A DNA stretch of 30,230 nt from a candidate division WOR-3 bacterium (GCA_965649095.1 CBFGJQ010000111.1:1-30230); one strand, 5' to 3'; positions 1-10,707 are shown, counted from the stretch's first letter. The notes: generated by a model not told the origin, from the letters alone. A program made the numbers and translations.

Positions 1-1454
1 ATCCCTGCCAGGTGGGATTCTTCAGATAGCGCAGCCATACCCGGAAGTTCGGTCTGTTCAAGGTCTTTCATCTCAAGGGCATTGGTCAAATAGAATTTAA
101 GACGCTCGTCTTTTTCAAGTTTATAACCGAGTTCTTCTAATAAAAAAGACATTTTTATATGCCCAATTGCATAGGGCGCCATCATCAGTTCAAAGGCATA
201 GAAGTTTTTCAAAATGTGTTCTTTTATAAAATTAGCCTTTGCCCCATCACCATATTTTGTGACAAATTCATCCACTGCAACCTTGGTCGCTTCCGCTAAA
301 AAGGTAAGTGTTCCTGCAGCCGGGTCTAAAACTGTAACTGAATCGTTTGCGAATCCATCTTCTCTGTTGAAATGTTTTTTAAGAATAATATGTAATGACC
401 TAACAATATAAGAAACTACGGGCTCAGGAGTATAATACACACCCCTTTTTTCTCGTGTTTCGGGATCATATGCAGTTAGGAAGGTTTCGTAAAAATGAAC
501 AATCGGGTCCTTGCCTTTATGCTGGTGATAGTATTCATCTAATATTTTGTAAACATCTGTTACCGCAAGGACCTCTGAAATATCATCAATAATCCATTCC
601 ATCTGTTGAGGCAGGTCTCCAAGGGAGATGAATTTAAAGATATCCCTTAGAATTCCTATCGTCTTTGGTATCATGTCATAGGCAAGTTTGCGATTGAACC
701 CATTAAATTCCCCTTCCTCTCCCTTTCTTAGAGGATGAGTAGAGGGATTAAAGCGGGTGCGGGCGGCAAATAAACCGTAGGTGACGGTTTGCGAATACAG
801 ATCCGCAAATTCTTCTTTAGTTAATCCGCTGATAAGATATTTCCTGAATGCCTCATAGAATCCGGTGATAAACTTTTTCTCTTGATTCTGTTCATTTTTC
901 AATTCCTCGGTGATGACCTCATCCCTTAAAAATTTGGTTCTTTTTGCCAGTTCTAAAGCCAATGTCTTGGCATCATAGACCTTGGGCAGAGAGAAAGAAA
1001 AAAATTGCTCAAGGAGTTTGAAAAAATCAGATTCATTCTCTACGCTTGGAACTGCCTTAAGTTTTTGCATAGTAAATGGCCTTGCGATTGATACCTTATG
1101 TACTGGCTTGCCGTTTCGGTAAAGTCTAAATTCAAAAAAGTTGGTCAATATTAAATTTGGAAAGGTGCTGAGATATCTTTTCAACTGGGGCGAGGTTTCT
1201 ATCTGGTCTAAATATCCAATAGTTGGTGGCTTCGCTTCTATATAGCCAGTGATATGCTGTTTCCCGTCCCAGATTCTGAAATCCGGGTTACCGGCTTCGG
1301 TTTTCTTTGGCAAGGTTGTGATGTAAACATTGCTTAGACCGGTTGATTCTGCATACTGTCTTAATAAACCTTCAAGTGCTGAATAGAAACTTTCTTCCCG
1401 GGCATCACCACGATTTGAAATCTCAGTAATTTTCTTTAAATAATTTTTTAACAT
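1..1454 (-). CDS. Type IIG/ISP-like restriction-modification enzyme (N6-adenine methyltransferase with N-terminal nuclease-like domain); partial, continues beyond the left edge
   Basis: Hand translation from ATG at 1454 gives 484 open codons: MLKNYLKKITEISNRGDAREESFYSALEGLL...GNPDFRIWDG...GYIEAK...RGVYYTPEPVVSYIV...VLDPAAGTLTF...FYAFELMMAPYAIGH. PD-x-EAK nuclease-like motif, GVYYTP and DPAxGT SAM-binding motif. ATG directly follows the TAG of the upstream gene. Not in the ORF track (no stop in window). Confidence 0.88.
   Translation of the reverse strand, partial: MLKNYLKKITEISNRGDAREESFYSALEGLLRQYAESTGLSNVYITTLPKKTEAGNPDFRIWDGKQHITGYIEAKPPTIGYLDQIETSPQLKRYLSTFPNLILTNFFEFRLYRNGKPVHKVSIARPFTMQKLKAVPSVENESDFFKLLEQFFSFSLPKVYDAKTLALELAKRTKFLRDEVITEELKNEQNQEKKFITGFYEAFRKYLISGLTKEEFADLYSQTVTYGLFAARTRFNPSTHPLRKGEEGEFNGFNRKLAYDMIPKTIGILRDIFKFISLGDLPQQMEWIIDDISEVLAVTDVYKILDEYYHQHKGKDPIVHFYETFLTAYDPETREKRGVYYTPEPVVSYIVRSLHIILKKHFNREDGFANDSVTVLDPAAGTLTFLAEATKVAVDEFVTKYGDGAKANFIKEHILKNFYAFELMMAPYAIGHIKMSFLLEELGYKLEKDERLKFYLTNALEMKDLEQTELPGMAALSEESHLAG
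705..752. repeat. Imperfect palindromic element inside the RM gene, translated in frame as FNPSTHPLRKGEEGEF
   Basis: AAATTCCCCTTCCTCTCCCTTTCTTAGAGGATGAGTAGAGGGATTAAA; TCCTCT(715-720)/AGAGGA(730-735) and AATTCCC/GGGATT arms. Confidence 0.45.
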
Positions 1455-2315
1455 CTACCCGTTAGTAAGCAGAGTATTGGCATAGCCCGCCAGGTCGCAG
1501 ATGAGCATCAGTTGCCGGTAGAATTCAAGGATGTCTTTTGACTTGAAGACAAATCTTCTTGCCGAAACCCTTTTTAATTTGGGAAGGCTCTTTATTGCAT
1601 CACCCAAAAGGGAATTTATCATCTCCACCTCCGCATTGATTGGGTATTTGAATCTGAAGGGTCTCAATCTATTTATCTTCTTAACCACCCCCCCTGCCTT
1701 TAATTCTATCTCTTTCTGGACATCAAATGGATGCCGGCACCTTGCACAGAACCTTGAGATACTGTATTTCGTAATGATTGTCTCTACCTGTGGACCAAAG
1801 AATTTTTTCACTTCCTGAACAAGTTTGTCATCGCCTGAGACCAAGCCTAAAGGAACCCCGTAATGTCCGGCAATCCCGGCATTTATCTCCGCTTCACCCA
1901 CATCCTTGCCATTTATTTTGATATTGTAAATCAGACTTGAGGAATAAGAATGGTCCATCATACCATTTTCTGTGCCAACCATCGCATGATAGCCGATGAA
2001 GAATACTATATCAAAGTTCGCGTTTAATCCTTCCATCATATAATAATTACGCTGAGTTCCTTTGATAAGATTTATACCAGGTTCAAGGTCTTCTATTAAA
2101 AGATTTTCCCCTGAGGCATGGGAATCACAGATGAGGATTTCGCCAATTTCCAATCCACTTTTTCTCACACCGCGAATAGCCGAATTTATCTCCTGGGTTG
2201 CAATCCTGCGAATACGCAATAAATCCGGTGAATCCTTTCTCATCTCCTTCCAGGATGTTACACCACTTATTCCTTCTAAATCAAAGGAGATGAAGATATT
2301 TATCTTTCTTCCCAT
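1455..2315 (-). CDS. dppA: D-aminopeptidase, peptidase family M55 (DppA-like)
   Basis: ISFDLEG, DSHASG, GYHA, DHSYS, SGDD metal-binding motifs. Start placed at ATG 2315 (MGRKINIFISFD) rather than the track's GTG 2333, which overlaps nadC. Confidence 0.88.
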   Translation of the reverse strand: MGRKINIFISFDLEGISGVTSWKEMRKDSPDLLRIRRIATQEINSAIRGVRKSGLEIGEILICDSHASGENLLIEDLEPGINLIKGTQRNYYMMEGLNANFDIVFFIGYHAMVGTENGMMDHSYSSSLIYNIKINGKDVGEAEINAGIAGHYGVPLGLVSGDDKLVQEVKKFFGPQVETIITKYSISRFCARCRHPFDVQKEIELKAGGVVKKINRLRPFRFKYPINAEVEMINSLLGDAIKSLPKLKRVSARRFVFKSKDILEFYRQLMLICDLAGYANTLLTNG

Positions 2316-2322
2316 AGAAAAT

Positions 2323-3183
2323 TTATCCACCACTTATCGGTTTCATCTTCAGGGCAATGTCTATCGCCGGGGCGGAGTGGGTTAGGGCACCGATTGAGAT
2401 GCAATCAATATCCATCTCTGCATAGTTTATAATATTTTCAAGATTTACGCCACCACTTATCTCTATTTCAATCCTCTCTTCTGCCCTTCGCACAATTTCT
2501 ATTGCCTTTTTAATCTGCTCCAGATTCATATTATCAAGCATTACCCGACTGACACCAAGGCTGATTGCCTCTTTCAATTCATCCATTGTCTTTACCTCAA
2601 CTTCAATAAATAACTTTTTCTTTTTGCAATTGTCCCTCACTGCCCTTACTGCATTTGTGATGCTACCAGCAATCTCAATGTGGTTGTCTTTAATCAAAAC
2701 CATATCATAAAGTCCAAAGCGGTGATTATATCCACCACCAATTCTTACTGCATATTTTTCTAAGATCCTCAAGCCCGGGGTCGTCTTGCGCGTATCCATT
2801 ACCTTGATTCTATTTCCAATGACCTTCGTAAATTTTCTGGTAAGGGTTGCGATGCCACTGAGTTGCTGTAAAAAGTTTAATGCGGTTCGCTCTCCCTTCA
2901 GACATCCCTGGGCCGGTCCGATTACAGTTGCGAGGGTAACCCCGGGGCTGAACTCATCACCATCTTTCAGTTTCGCCGCAAAGACTATCCTGGGTTCAAC
3001 CTCCTCAAAGACCATCCTTGCGATATCAATTCCACAGAGTACCCCGTCCTCTTTTGAGAATATAATCCCCAGGGTCTGGGCATCAGGCGGAATAATGGCA
3101 TCGGTAGTAATATCGCCCTTACCAATATCCTCTTTTAGAGCCAGTTTTACAATCTTACGGACATTTTTATAAAAGTTTTTAAT
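2323..3183 (-). CDS. nadC: Nicotinate-nucleotide pyrophosphorylase (quinolinate phosphoribosyltransferase), probable AUU start
   Basis: GERTALNFLQ, DTRKTTPG, HRFGLYD, LIKDNH, EVEV, MLDN, EISGG, ISIGALTHS. The conserved N-terminal ALKEDIGKGDITT lies in frame upstream of the track's start (3015). Open frame up to the uvrB stop; 3183 gives 286 aa. Confidence 0.93.
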   Translation of the reverse strand: MKNFYKNVRKIVKLALKEDIGKGDITTDAIIPPDAQTLGIIFSKEDGVLCGIDIARMVFEEVEPRIVFAAKLKDGDEFSPGVTLATVIGPAQGCLKGERTALNFLQQLSGIATLTRKFTKVIGNRIKVMDTRKTTPGLRILEKYAVRIGGGYNHRFGLYDMVLIKDNHIEIAGSITNAVRAVRDNCKKKKLFIEVEVKTMDELKEAISLGVSRVMLDNMNLEQIKKAIEIVRRAEERIEIEISGGVNLENIINYAEMDIDCISIGALTHSAPAIDIALKMKPISGG

Positions 3184-3192
3184 AATGCCCCC

Positions 3193-5211
3193 TTATCTTC
3201 TGTTTCTTTTATAATAACCAACCGCACCGATCTTTTTACTCTGACGCCGTTCATTCAATTCCATCCTCTTTTTTATCTCTTTAATTTTATCCCTTATTTC
3301 CGCCGCCCTTTCAAATTCCATTAAAGAGACAGCGTCTGCCATCTCTTTATACAATCGGTCAACCTCTTCTATTGTAAATTCTTCTACTTTCTTCCCATCG
3401 ATCAGGCGGTCGGCTACCGATGTTGCGCGGAGGATTTCCTCTTTTGTCTTTACGATACTTTTGGGCGTTATGTTATGGATTCTGTTATATTCTAATTGTT
3501 TATTTCTGCGCCTTTCCATCTCCGCGAGTGCCCTTTTCATTGATTCGGTGATTTCATCGGCATATAGAATTACCTCACTTCTCACATTTCTTGCTGCGCG
3601 CCCGGCCGTCTGAATCAACGACCTTTCGCTCCTCAAGAATCCCTCCCTATCCGCATCCAGGATTGCCACCAGGGCAACCTCGGGCAGGTCAAGCCCTTCC
3701 CTTAAGAGATTTATACCAACCAGGACATCAAATTCACCAAGACGCAATCCCCTTAAAATCTCAACCCGCTGAATGGCATCTATCTCCGAATGTAGATATC
3801 TCACCTTTATTCCGATTTCATTTAGATACTGGGCAAGGTCTTCAGCCATCCTCTTGGTTAATGTTGTCACCAGCACCCGTTCATTATTCTCCACCCTTTT
3901 CCGTATTTCATTTATGAGGTCATCAACCTGATTTTTCGCAGGTTTTGTGGTGACCTTTGGGTCAACAATTCCGGTTGGCCGGACAATCTGTTCAACTATG
4001 CGCCCCTTTGACTTCTCCATCTCCCATTCGGCGGGTGTGGCGGATACGCAGATTGCCTGATTTATCAATGACTCAAACTCATCAAATCTTAATGGTCTAT
4101 TCTCCAGTGCCGAAGGAAGGCGGAAGCCATATTCAACCAGGGTCAATTTCCTTGAATGGTCACCTTCATACATCCCTTCTATCTGTGGTATTGTAACATG
4201 GGATTCATCAATTATCATCAGAAAATCTCTCGGGAAGTAATCAATCAGACAGAATGGCCGCTCTCCGGGTTTCCTTCCCGAAAGGTGCATTGAGTAATTC
4301 TCTATGCCCGGACAATATCCCAATTCTAAAAGCATCTCGCAGTCAAAGAGAGTGCGCTGGAGGAGTCGCTGTGCCTCAAGGAATTTACCCTGCCTCTCAA
4401 ACCATCTCACCCTTTCCTCAAGTTCCTTTTTTATATTTACAACCGCCTCCTCAATCCGGGGCATTGTGGTAATAAAATGCTTCGCGGGAAAGATAATAAC
4501 ATCATCAAGTTCTTTTGTAATATGCCCGGTAAGGGGGTCAAAGACCTGAATCCTTTCCACAAAGTCATCGTAGAATTCTACCCTTATTCCATTCTTTTCA
4601 TCGGCCGGGAATATATCAACAATATCTCCCCGAACCCGGAATGTCCCGGGCGTAAACTGTATATCATTACGCTGGTATTGAATGCCAACCAGCTGATTCA
4701 TCAATGATTCCCGTCCCTTCTCGCTTCCCCTCTTTAAAAAGACCACCAACTCCTTCACCTCCTCGGGTGAGCCAATGTTATAGATACAGGAGACTGAGGC
4801 AACAATTATCACATCCCTTCGGGTGAGTAAAGAAGAAGTTGCCTTGAGCCTCAAACGTTCAATCTCTTCATTGATTGAGGCATCCTTTGCTATATAAAGG
4901 TCGGTTTCAGGAACATATGCCTCGGGTTGATAATAGTCATAATAAGAGATAAAATACTCAACTGCATTTTCCGGAAAGAAGGATTTGAATTCACTGTATA
5001 GTTGGGCGGCCAGGGACTTGTTATGTGAAATTACCAGGGTCGGCTTCTGGACTTTTTGTATTACATTGGCAATTGTAAAGGTCTTGCCTGAACCGGTGAC
5101 GCCAAGCAGGGTTTGATATTTATAACCGGCTTGGATTCCTTCAACGAGCTCTCTTATTGCCTCAGGCTGGTCTCCGGTGGGTTTAAAATTGGAGACGAGT
5201 TCAAATTTCAT
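3193..5211 (-). CDS. uvrB: Excinuclease ABC subunit B
   Basis: [53 protein letters not shown]-terminal UVR coiled coil ([13 protein letters not shown]). Confidence 0.99.
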   Translation of the reverse strand: MKFELVSNFKPTGDQPEAIRELVEGIQAGYKYQTLLGVTGSGKTFTIANVIQKVQKPTLVISHNKSLAAQLYSEFKSFFPENAVEYFISYYDYYQPEAYVPETDLYIAKDASINEEIERLRLKATSSLLTRRDVIIVASVSCIYNIGSPEEVKELVVFLKRGSEKGRESLMNQLVGIQYQRNDIQFTPGTFRVRGDIVDIFPADEKNGIRVEFYDDFVERIQVFDPLTGHITKELDDVIIFPAKHFITTMPRIEEAVVNIKKELEERVRWFERQGKFLEAQRLLQRTLFDCEMLLELGYCPGIENYSMHLSGRKPGERPFCLIDYFPRDFLMIIDESHVTIPQIEGMYEGDHSRKLTLVEYGFRLPSALENRPLRFDEFESLINQAICVSATPAEWEMEKSKGRIVEQIVRPTGIVDPKVTTKPAKNQVDDLINEIRKRVENNERVLVTTLTKRMAEDLAQYLNEIGIKVRYLHSEIDAIQRVEILRGLRLGEFDVLVGINLLREGLDLPEVALVAILDADREGFLRSERSLIQTAGRAARNVRSEVILYADEITESMKRALAEMERRRNKQLEYNRIHNITPKSIVKTKEEILRATSVADRLIDGKKVEEFTIEEVDRLYKEMADAVSLMEFERAAEIRDKIKEIKKRMELNERRQSKKIGAVGYYKRNRR

Positions 5212-5226
5212 ATATAATAAAAAAGC

Positions 5227-8200
5227 TTAGCGTGCGATTATAAATTTCTCAACTGCCTTGTCTACACTCTCATTATGTTCAGCAAAGAGCTGAACGAGAT
5301 AGACACCATTTGAAAGATGATTGTTATAATCATCAAGCCCATCCCAGGGGATCTGATTGTAGCCAGCCTTGCAGAATCGCTCAGGTATCAGTTTAATTAA
5401 CTTCCCGGAGATTGTAAAGATCTTTATCTGGACCCTTCCCGAATGTGTCAGATTGAATGTAAACCAGACATTCCTCCGGTCTCTAATCGGATTGGGATAG
5501 ACTAAAAGGTTTTCAATTGAAATCTTTTCAAATGTCTCGGTATGGAGAACAAGTTGTTTGATTGTCCGATTGTATCTGTTATCACTGACATAGACGGTCA
5601 GTGAGTCTTCACGACTCGGGATGGAAAGTTCTATCTGAAATTCACCGGTGGTATATGAATTCTTGTGATAGATAAAATTATTGCGCAGGTCTATACGATT
5701 TGAGACTTTGTCTTTTCCTACATAGAGAAAGAATCCACGGGTATCCTCTTTTGAATTCAATAAATTTATTCCACTCTCATCTGAGACCACACCAATTAGG
5801 GTAAACTTCTGGTCAACCCAGTCACCATCTTTGAGTCTCCGGCCACCTTCATAGAGGGTAATCTCCGGACCGGTATTATCAGTCCCGGGAAGACCTGTGC
5901 CATAGACCCTTATGGAATCAAGGGTGCCGCTTCTGGTATCCTTATAGGTGCTGAGCTTAATTACCGGGAGATGGGTTGTTGGAACCGATGGCACAATTAT
6001 ATGGGCTGTATCATCCCAGTATCCGTGAAAGATTTCCTTGCCTGAGATCTGATAGTCAAAGGCTCGCCAGGAGCTATCTCCGGTCTGGACCTCGCGATAG
6101 ATATGCCCGCTTATCTTATTTGCGGTGGCGGGGCCAATATATTCAATATGGGTTGTATCGCGGATGAAGGCGGATAGATAATATGGCTTCTGTTCGGAGA
6201 AGATATTTAACTTCGCAAGGGGTCTTACTGAATCAGGGGATGCCACAATTGGTGATCTGTTTTTTACCTTTCGCAAATTCGTTGCCGGGTCACCGAGTAA
6301 AAGATAGGTTGGAATAACACCCGTGGTGTGCTTGGCAATATGGTAGCACTCGCCCATAGTAAGATTGGTATCTGGATTGGTCAATAGCCTGAACAGAACC
6401 CTCCCGAGTACCTCGTTGCTTCCCGAGCTTGAGGAGGAGTGGGCACCCATCGTCCCGATCGCCCCCCCTTTTATCCTTACCATCTCCTCGGCAATGCATT
6501 CATAATCTGAATCGTCAAATCTGCCAACGGTGCAGGAGGCAAAGTAGAAGAAGAATGCCCTCCTTTCATTTTTTATCAACGGTATCTTTGTATCATAGAA
6601 TAGCCCCTCATGGGCAAGTTGATGGGTATTACCATGGCCAAAGAAACAGCCGGCAAATGCCCCCTTATTCAATTCTTTTATAAAATCCTCCATTGCATTC
6701 GGCTTTTTCGTTGGATAGGTAAATGGAGGATAACTGATCATATATAACTTTGCAATATCATATAGAGTATCGGGAATAATGCCCGCTATTCCTTCGGTAG
6801 AGGTTGTATGGACTAATCCTTCCCATTTGTAAATCTCTCCTCCCCATTCGTCATCCGCGGTCAGGAGAATCCTCTTGTTCCATATTCCATCAATATCGCT
6901 ATTCTCATAGGCAATCAGTTTGTCAATAAAATCACGCAGTTCCTGATTTGTGCGCACCGTTATCCTTCCCATCACCATCGCCTCATTTCCGTAAAAGTTC
7001 ACATACTCACCTTCATATATATAATTTGGGGGTATACCGGGATTACCAGAGAGGGTTGTCCCCGCCTCATACATCGGCACAAAATTGGGTGGGTTCTCTT
7101 TCTTGAGATTGTTCTTATAATCATAGGTTGCATCACCAACAATCAGGACATATTTGGGAACAACTGTCCAGTTGTTATAGGCATGGAAGAGAAAATGCTT
7201 GATTGCCAGAGGGTCATATTTACCATAAGCGAAGTCATCAAAGATTGCATCCACAGTAACGACCTTTGTAGAATACTCCCTTTTTCTATAGTTTACCAAG
7301 GGCAGAAGTGAACTATAAAAATTCTTGTGGGTGATGAAGATATATTCACAGCCTGGGTCAGGCACTCTTAACCTTCCGGGATTGGCTAAGACCGGTATCG
7401 CTGGTATTGCCGAGTTGAGCTGGGCAAAGAAGAGAAGTTGAAACGAATCGCAGCTACTTGAGAAGGTGACCCTATCCTGGGAGATTGTGTAGTTTTCAAG
7501 CATCCGCGGAACCTTTAAATTTGTCACATCAAGGAGAAATAGCTTGGATTTGACACCTTTACACCTGATACTATAATCCCCTGGCTTTTCAAAGAGGGCA
7601 TAAAATGGCAGGCTCACATCGCAGACCCGCTGATAGATTAGGTCAATTGAATTCAAAAGGCAGTAAAAGTCGGCGGTAGTTCCTGATGGGCGGGTAATAT
7701 CTATCTTAAAATCGGAAGAGTCGCCGGTAAGGACTCCATTCCCTGTTATCTTATAAGGAGGTAGCGCTAATACCTTGGGAGGGACTATTGTATCTGAGAA
7801 GAAGACCGAACCACCAAGATAGAACCTGAACCAGAATGGCTGCAGGGGTGGGGGCATTGAATCAAAGATTGAGACTACCAGCCTTGCCGTTCCGCTTGCC
7901 CCTGGATGGTGGAGTTTAAAGGAGGTGCTGCTTTCCGGACCCTTACCAGGCGAGATATCCTGCCAGTACCAGTTTGTGCCGGAACGGGTAGGATTGTGGA
8001 TGTCCTCTTCAAGGTGTAAGATTTCATTCACAACCGTATCGGGACTCGTTCCGTTCCAGTTGGCATTGACTTTCTCCATCCTCTTTCCATAGTTGCCACC
8101 AAATGTGAGCCAGTAGCAATTATTTATTGCATAGCCATTTTCAAACCAATTTATTGTTGTATCAGGGATAAAATGGCTCGCGGGAAAACCATAAAAGATT

Positions 8201-9060
8201 AAATAGTCATCCTTATCAAAGGAGTGGTCTTCCTCACCTTCAACATAGATGGGAACTTCAATCAGGGAATCGGGGAAATCTGTCGTAACATTCTGGGGAA
8301 GGAGTTCAAAGGCAGAAGTATAAATCTTTAATGTCTTCGGGTCAAATTGCCTCGGCTCAATACCTCCCTTCTTCAATTCAGCAAAGCCAATTTTGTATAG
8401 TCCCTCTTTTTCAACCTCAACCTTAAACCAGGCCCCAGTTGTAAATGGGTTTTTAATCTCTCGTCCCTTTTGCAGACGACGCCAGGACTTACATTGACTA
8501 TAATTTACGATTGTGCTTGCATAAATCTCCTCAAAGGGGTCGTCGGTGATTGGCAATTGGATCGGTCTCCCCTTAAATTGGACCCTCAATTTTAATCTTC
8601 GCGAAATCACCAACTCTTTTCTGACTGGATTATAACGAACCGGATTGACCTTGATGTTTACTGTGTAGATATCACGAAAATAGCCCGGGGGAGAGGACTC
8701 AACTAAATTCTTGGGATAGTATTCATCTCTATTATATGCCTCACCCAGGGCCTCAACCTGGGGAACTGGTGGTTCATAGATAACCAAAGGGACGGCTGGT
8801 TTAATATCAACCCCTTTAAATCTCATCTCTTCATCCTCTATTATTCTAATTTCAACATCGCCTCCCTGAGGAATACCGACCAGGTAATTGAGCGAAGGGA
8901 GGTTTGGTTCACCAGGCTGAACAGTCCAGGTTGCCCCGGGAAATGAGAGGGACTCCGGGGCCATTCTCTCTTCAGTAAATGTTATCTCTAATCCCTCGAA
9001 ACCGATTGGGTTGAGGGAAATGGCGTTTGCCATGAAAAGGAGTAAGGTAGGATAATCCAT
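5227..9060 (-). CDS. PorU-like C25 (gingipain family) cysteine peptidase with propeptide and C-terminal Ig/CTD
   Basis: C25 propeptide (GEPNLPSL..GIP, PVRYNP), PorU-like WFKVEVEKEGLYKI segment, YIFITH, LIVGD, GRI, catalytic FFGHG (H809) and ASC (C843), YLLLGDPA, DNTGPEI, CTD VYPNP...IFTISGKLI...WDG...NGVYLVQL. Confidence 0.85.
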   Translation of the reverse strand: MDYPTLLLFMANAISLNPIGFEGLEITFTEERMAPESLSFPGATWTVQPGEPNLPSLNYLVGIPQGGDVEIRIIEDEEMRFKGVDIKPAVPLVIYEPPVPQVEALGEAYNRDEYYPKNLVESSPPGYFRDIYTVNIKVNPVRYNPVRKELVISRRLKLRVQFKGRPIQLPITDDPFEEIYASTIVNYSQCKSWRRLQKGREIKNPFTTGAWFKVEVEKEGLYKIGFAELKKGGIEPRQFDPKTLKIYTSAFELLPQNVTTDFPDSLIEVPIYVEGEEDHSFDKDDYLIFYGFPASHFIPDTTINWFENGYAINNCYWLTFGGNYGKRMEKVNANWNGTSPDTVVNEILHLEEDIHNPTRSGTNWYWQDISPGKGPESSTSFKLHHPGASGTARLVVSIFDSMPPPLQPFWFRFYLGGSVFFSDTIVPPKVLALPPYKITGNGVLTGDSSDFKIDITRPSGTTADFYCLLNSIDLIYQRVCDVSLPFYALFEKPGDYSIRCKGVKSKLFLLDVTNLKVPRMLENYTISQDRVTFSSSCDSFQLLFFAQLNSAIPAIPVLANPGRLRVPDPGCEYIFITHKNFYSSLLPLVNYRKREYSTKVVTVDAIFDDFAYGKYDPLAIKHFLFHAYNNWTVVPKYVLIVGDATYDYKNNLKKENPPNFVPMYEAGTTLSGNPGIPPNYIYEGEYVNFYGNEAMVMGRITVRTNQELRDFIDKLIAYENSDIDGIWNKRILLTADDEWGGEIYKWEGLVHTTSTEGIAGIIPDTLYDIAKLYMISYPPFTYPTKKPNAMEDFIKELNKGAFAGCFFGHGNTHQLAHEGLFYDTKIPLIKNERRAFFFYFASCTVGRFDDSDYECIAEEMVRIKGGAIGTMGAHSSSSSGSNEVLGRVLFRLLTNPDTNLTMGECYHIAKHTTGVIPTYLLLGDPATNLRKVKNRSPIVASPDSVRPLAKLNIFSEQKPYYLSAFIRDTTHIEYIGPATANKISGHIYREVQTGDSSWRAFDYQISGKEIFHGYWDDTAHIIVPSVPTTHLPVIKLSTYKDTRSGTLDSIRVYGTGLPGTDNTGPEITLYEGGRRLKDGDWVDQKFTLIGVVSDESGINLLNSKEDTRGFFLYVGKDKVSNRIDLRNNFIYHKNSYTTGEFQIELSIPSREDSLTVYVSDNRYNRTIKQLVLHTETFEKISIENLLVYPNPIRDRRNVWFTFNLTHSGRVQIKIFTISGKLIKLIPERFCKAGYNQIPWDGLDDYNNHLSNGVYLVQLFAEHNESVDKAVEKFIIAR
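5237..5264 (-). promoter_or_regulatory. Candidate internal sigma70 promoter for uvrB (TAGACA-16-TATAAT)
   Basis: Minus strand -35 at 5264-5259 and -10 at 5242-5237, within the last codons of the upstream C25 gene. Confidence 0.4.
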
Positions 9061-9067
9061 AAATTAT

Positions 9068-9235
9068 CTATTTAAGCGGTCTTGCCTCGTCAATGAGCAT
9101 AATTGGAATATCGTCTTTAATCGGATAGGCAAGTTTGCATTTATGGCAGAGTAACTCCTCTGCCTTACGGTCATATTCCAATTCGCCCTTACACTTCGGG
9201 CAGACCAATATCTCTAAGAGTTCCGGCTTGAGCAT
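9068..9235 (-). CDS. Trm112/YcaR family protein (55 aa)
   Basis: Hand translation: [55 protein letters not shown]; LEILVCP, two CxxC, YPI.DDIPIML. Below the ORF-track cutoff. Confidence 0.93.
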   Translation of the reverse strand: MLKPELLEILVCPKCKGELEYDRKAEELLCHKCKLAYPIKDDIPIMLIDEARPLK

Positions 9236-10707
9236 AAGACCTCCTCTTCCTTAAATCGTAATGTTAAGATCTTCTCTTTAAGGGAACCGAAACCAAGGCT
9301 CAAAAAGCCCAGGGTGTAGAAGAGTAAAAAAGGAATCAAGACGAGTTGAAAATTCATAATCACATAGAGGAGTCCCATTAATATATAGCATCCAAATAAA
9401 ATTTCCAGAAAGGGGATGAGAAGTTTTCTCTCCAGATGATAAGTCTGCCTTGCCCCACCCGACTTCGGAGTTCGGGTAAAGATATTGTTCTTCTTCATCA
9501 GTCCTTCAATGATGGCCCTGGTGTTTGAGATCGAAAGGCCCATGGTGTAGGCGATTACGCCGGAGATATAAGGAATTTTTCTTTTGTAGTTTTGATAAGA
9601 TTCTTTTTGTGAGAATATGTAGAGGAACGGATACCCGATTGCTCCGATGGTAAAGAAAGAAAGGAAGATATAATAACCCTGAGGCACGAGTCTTTCCACT
9701 TTGAAATAGACAATAGGTAGAGAAAAGATGCCCAAAAACAACATTGCAACAAAATTGATATGCGCAGTCAGATGGACAAATGCCTCATATTTTGCCAGAG
9801 GTCTCAGTTGGGATTTTAATACCAGTTTCAGCAGTTTACAGGCAACCTGGAAGGTTCCCTTTGCCCAGCGGTTCTGTTGAAGGCGGAAACTGTCAACGGT
9901 CTCCGGCAATTCACCTGGGACAACCAAATCTCCCCGATACACTATCTTCCAGCCCCGCAGTTGAACGCGATAGGAGAGGTCAAGGTCCTCAGCAAGGGTA
10001 TCACTGTGCCAGCCACCCGCATCAATGATTGCAGACTTACGCCATATGCCGCAGGTTCCATTAAAATTTATAAAGAAGCCGGCTTTAGACCTTAACTCCT
10101 GCTCCATCGCAAAATGGTTGTCAAGGCCAATTGCCTGTGCCCTGGTAAGGAATGAACGGTCGGAATTGAGGTGCCCCCAGCGGGCCTGAACACCGCCGAC
10201 CTCCGGCGACGAAAATTCAGGCATCAATTCCGTCAAAAAATTTTTTGGGGGAACAAAATCCGCATCAAAGATTGCAATAAATTCTCCCTTTGCCAGCTTT
10301 AGACCGTGTTGTAATGCCCCGGCCTTAAAACCCCTTCTCCTTTTTCTGCTAAGATGTTTTATGTCGTATCCCTCTTCCCTTTTCATCCTGATGATATTTT
10401 CCACAATTGTCTTTGTTTCATCATCTGAGTCGTCAAGAATTTGAATCTCAAGCCTTTCTTTGGGATAATCTAAGTTCAAGACACTGTTTATCAGACGGCG
10501 AATCACAAATTTTTCATTATATACAGGCAACTGGATAGTCACCAATGGGAAGGAATTTAACCTCTTAGACGGGGCCTCCTCGCCGGATGGATTCTTTCTC
10601 AAAATCTTAAATTTAAAATAGTAATATAACAAAAGGAAAGAGTGGAGGGAATAGAAGAAGAGGATAAAAATTATAAATGTATAAAAGGTTACGATAAAGG
10701 CAATCAC
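9214..10707 (-). CDS. GT2 processive glycosyltransferase (cellulose synthase-like / CslA-type)
   Basis: [46 protein letters not shown] (D,D,D,QxxRW); N- and C-terminal TM helices. GTG start overlaps the upstream stop (GTGA). Confidence 0.88.
   Translation of the reverse strand: MIAFIVTFYTFIIFILFFYSLHSFLLLYYYFKFKILRKNPSGEEAPSKRLNSFPLVTIQLPVYNEKFVIRRLINSVLNLDYPKERLEIQILDDSDDETKTIVENIIRMKREEGYDIKHLSRKRRRGFKAGALQHGLKLAKGEFIAIFDADFVPPKNFLTELMPEFSSPEVGGVQARWGHLNSDRSFLTRAQAIGLDNHFAMEQELRSKAGFFINFNGTCGIWRKSAIIDAGGWHSDTLAEDLDLSYRVQLRGWKIVYRGDLVVPGELPETVDSFRLQQNRWAKGTFQVACKLLKLVLKSQLRPLAKYEAFVHLTAHINFVAMLFLGIFSLPIVYFKVERLVPQGYYIFLSFFTIGAIGYPFLYIFSQKESYQNYKRKIPYISGVIAYTMGLSISNTRAIIEGLMKKNNIFTRTPKSGGARQTYHLERKLLIPFLEILFGCYILMGLLYVIMNFQLVLIPFLLFYTLGFLSLGFGSLKEKILTLRFKEEEVLCSSRNS

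Noticed and set aside
214-411. 65-aa plus-strand ORF
   Set aside because: Antisense shadow of the RM methyltransferase; no motifs.
3015-3195. nadC start at 3015, or a UvrB-NadC read-through fusion
   Set aside because: 3015 would delete the conserved EDxGxGDxTT segment. UvrB ends normally after its UVR domain and an SD precedes ATT 3183, so fusion is less likely, though not excluded.
1531-4707. Short plus-strand ORFs over dppA, nadC and uvrB
   Set aside because: Antisense to well-supported genes; no start signals or family motifs.
5212-5270. LexA/SOS box upstream of uvrB
   Set aside because: No palindrome matching CTGT-N8-ACAG or GAAC-N4-GTTC; a lineage-specific box cannot be excluded.
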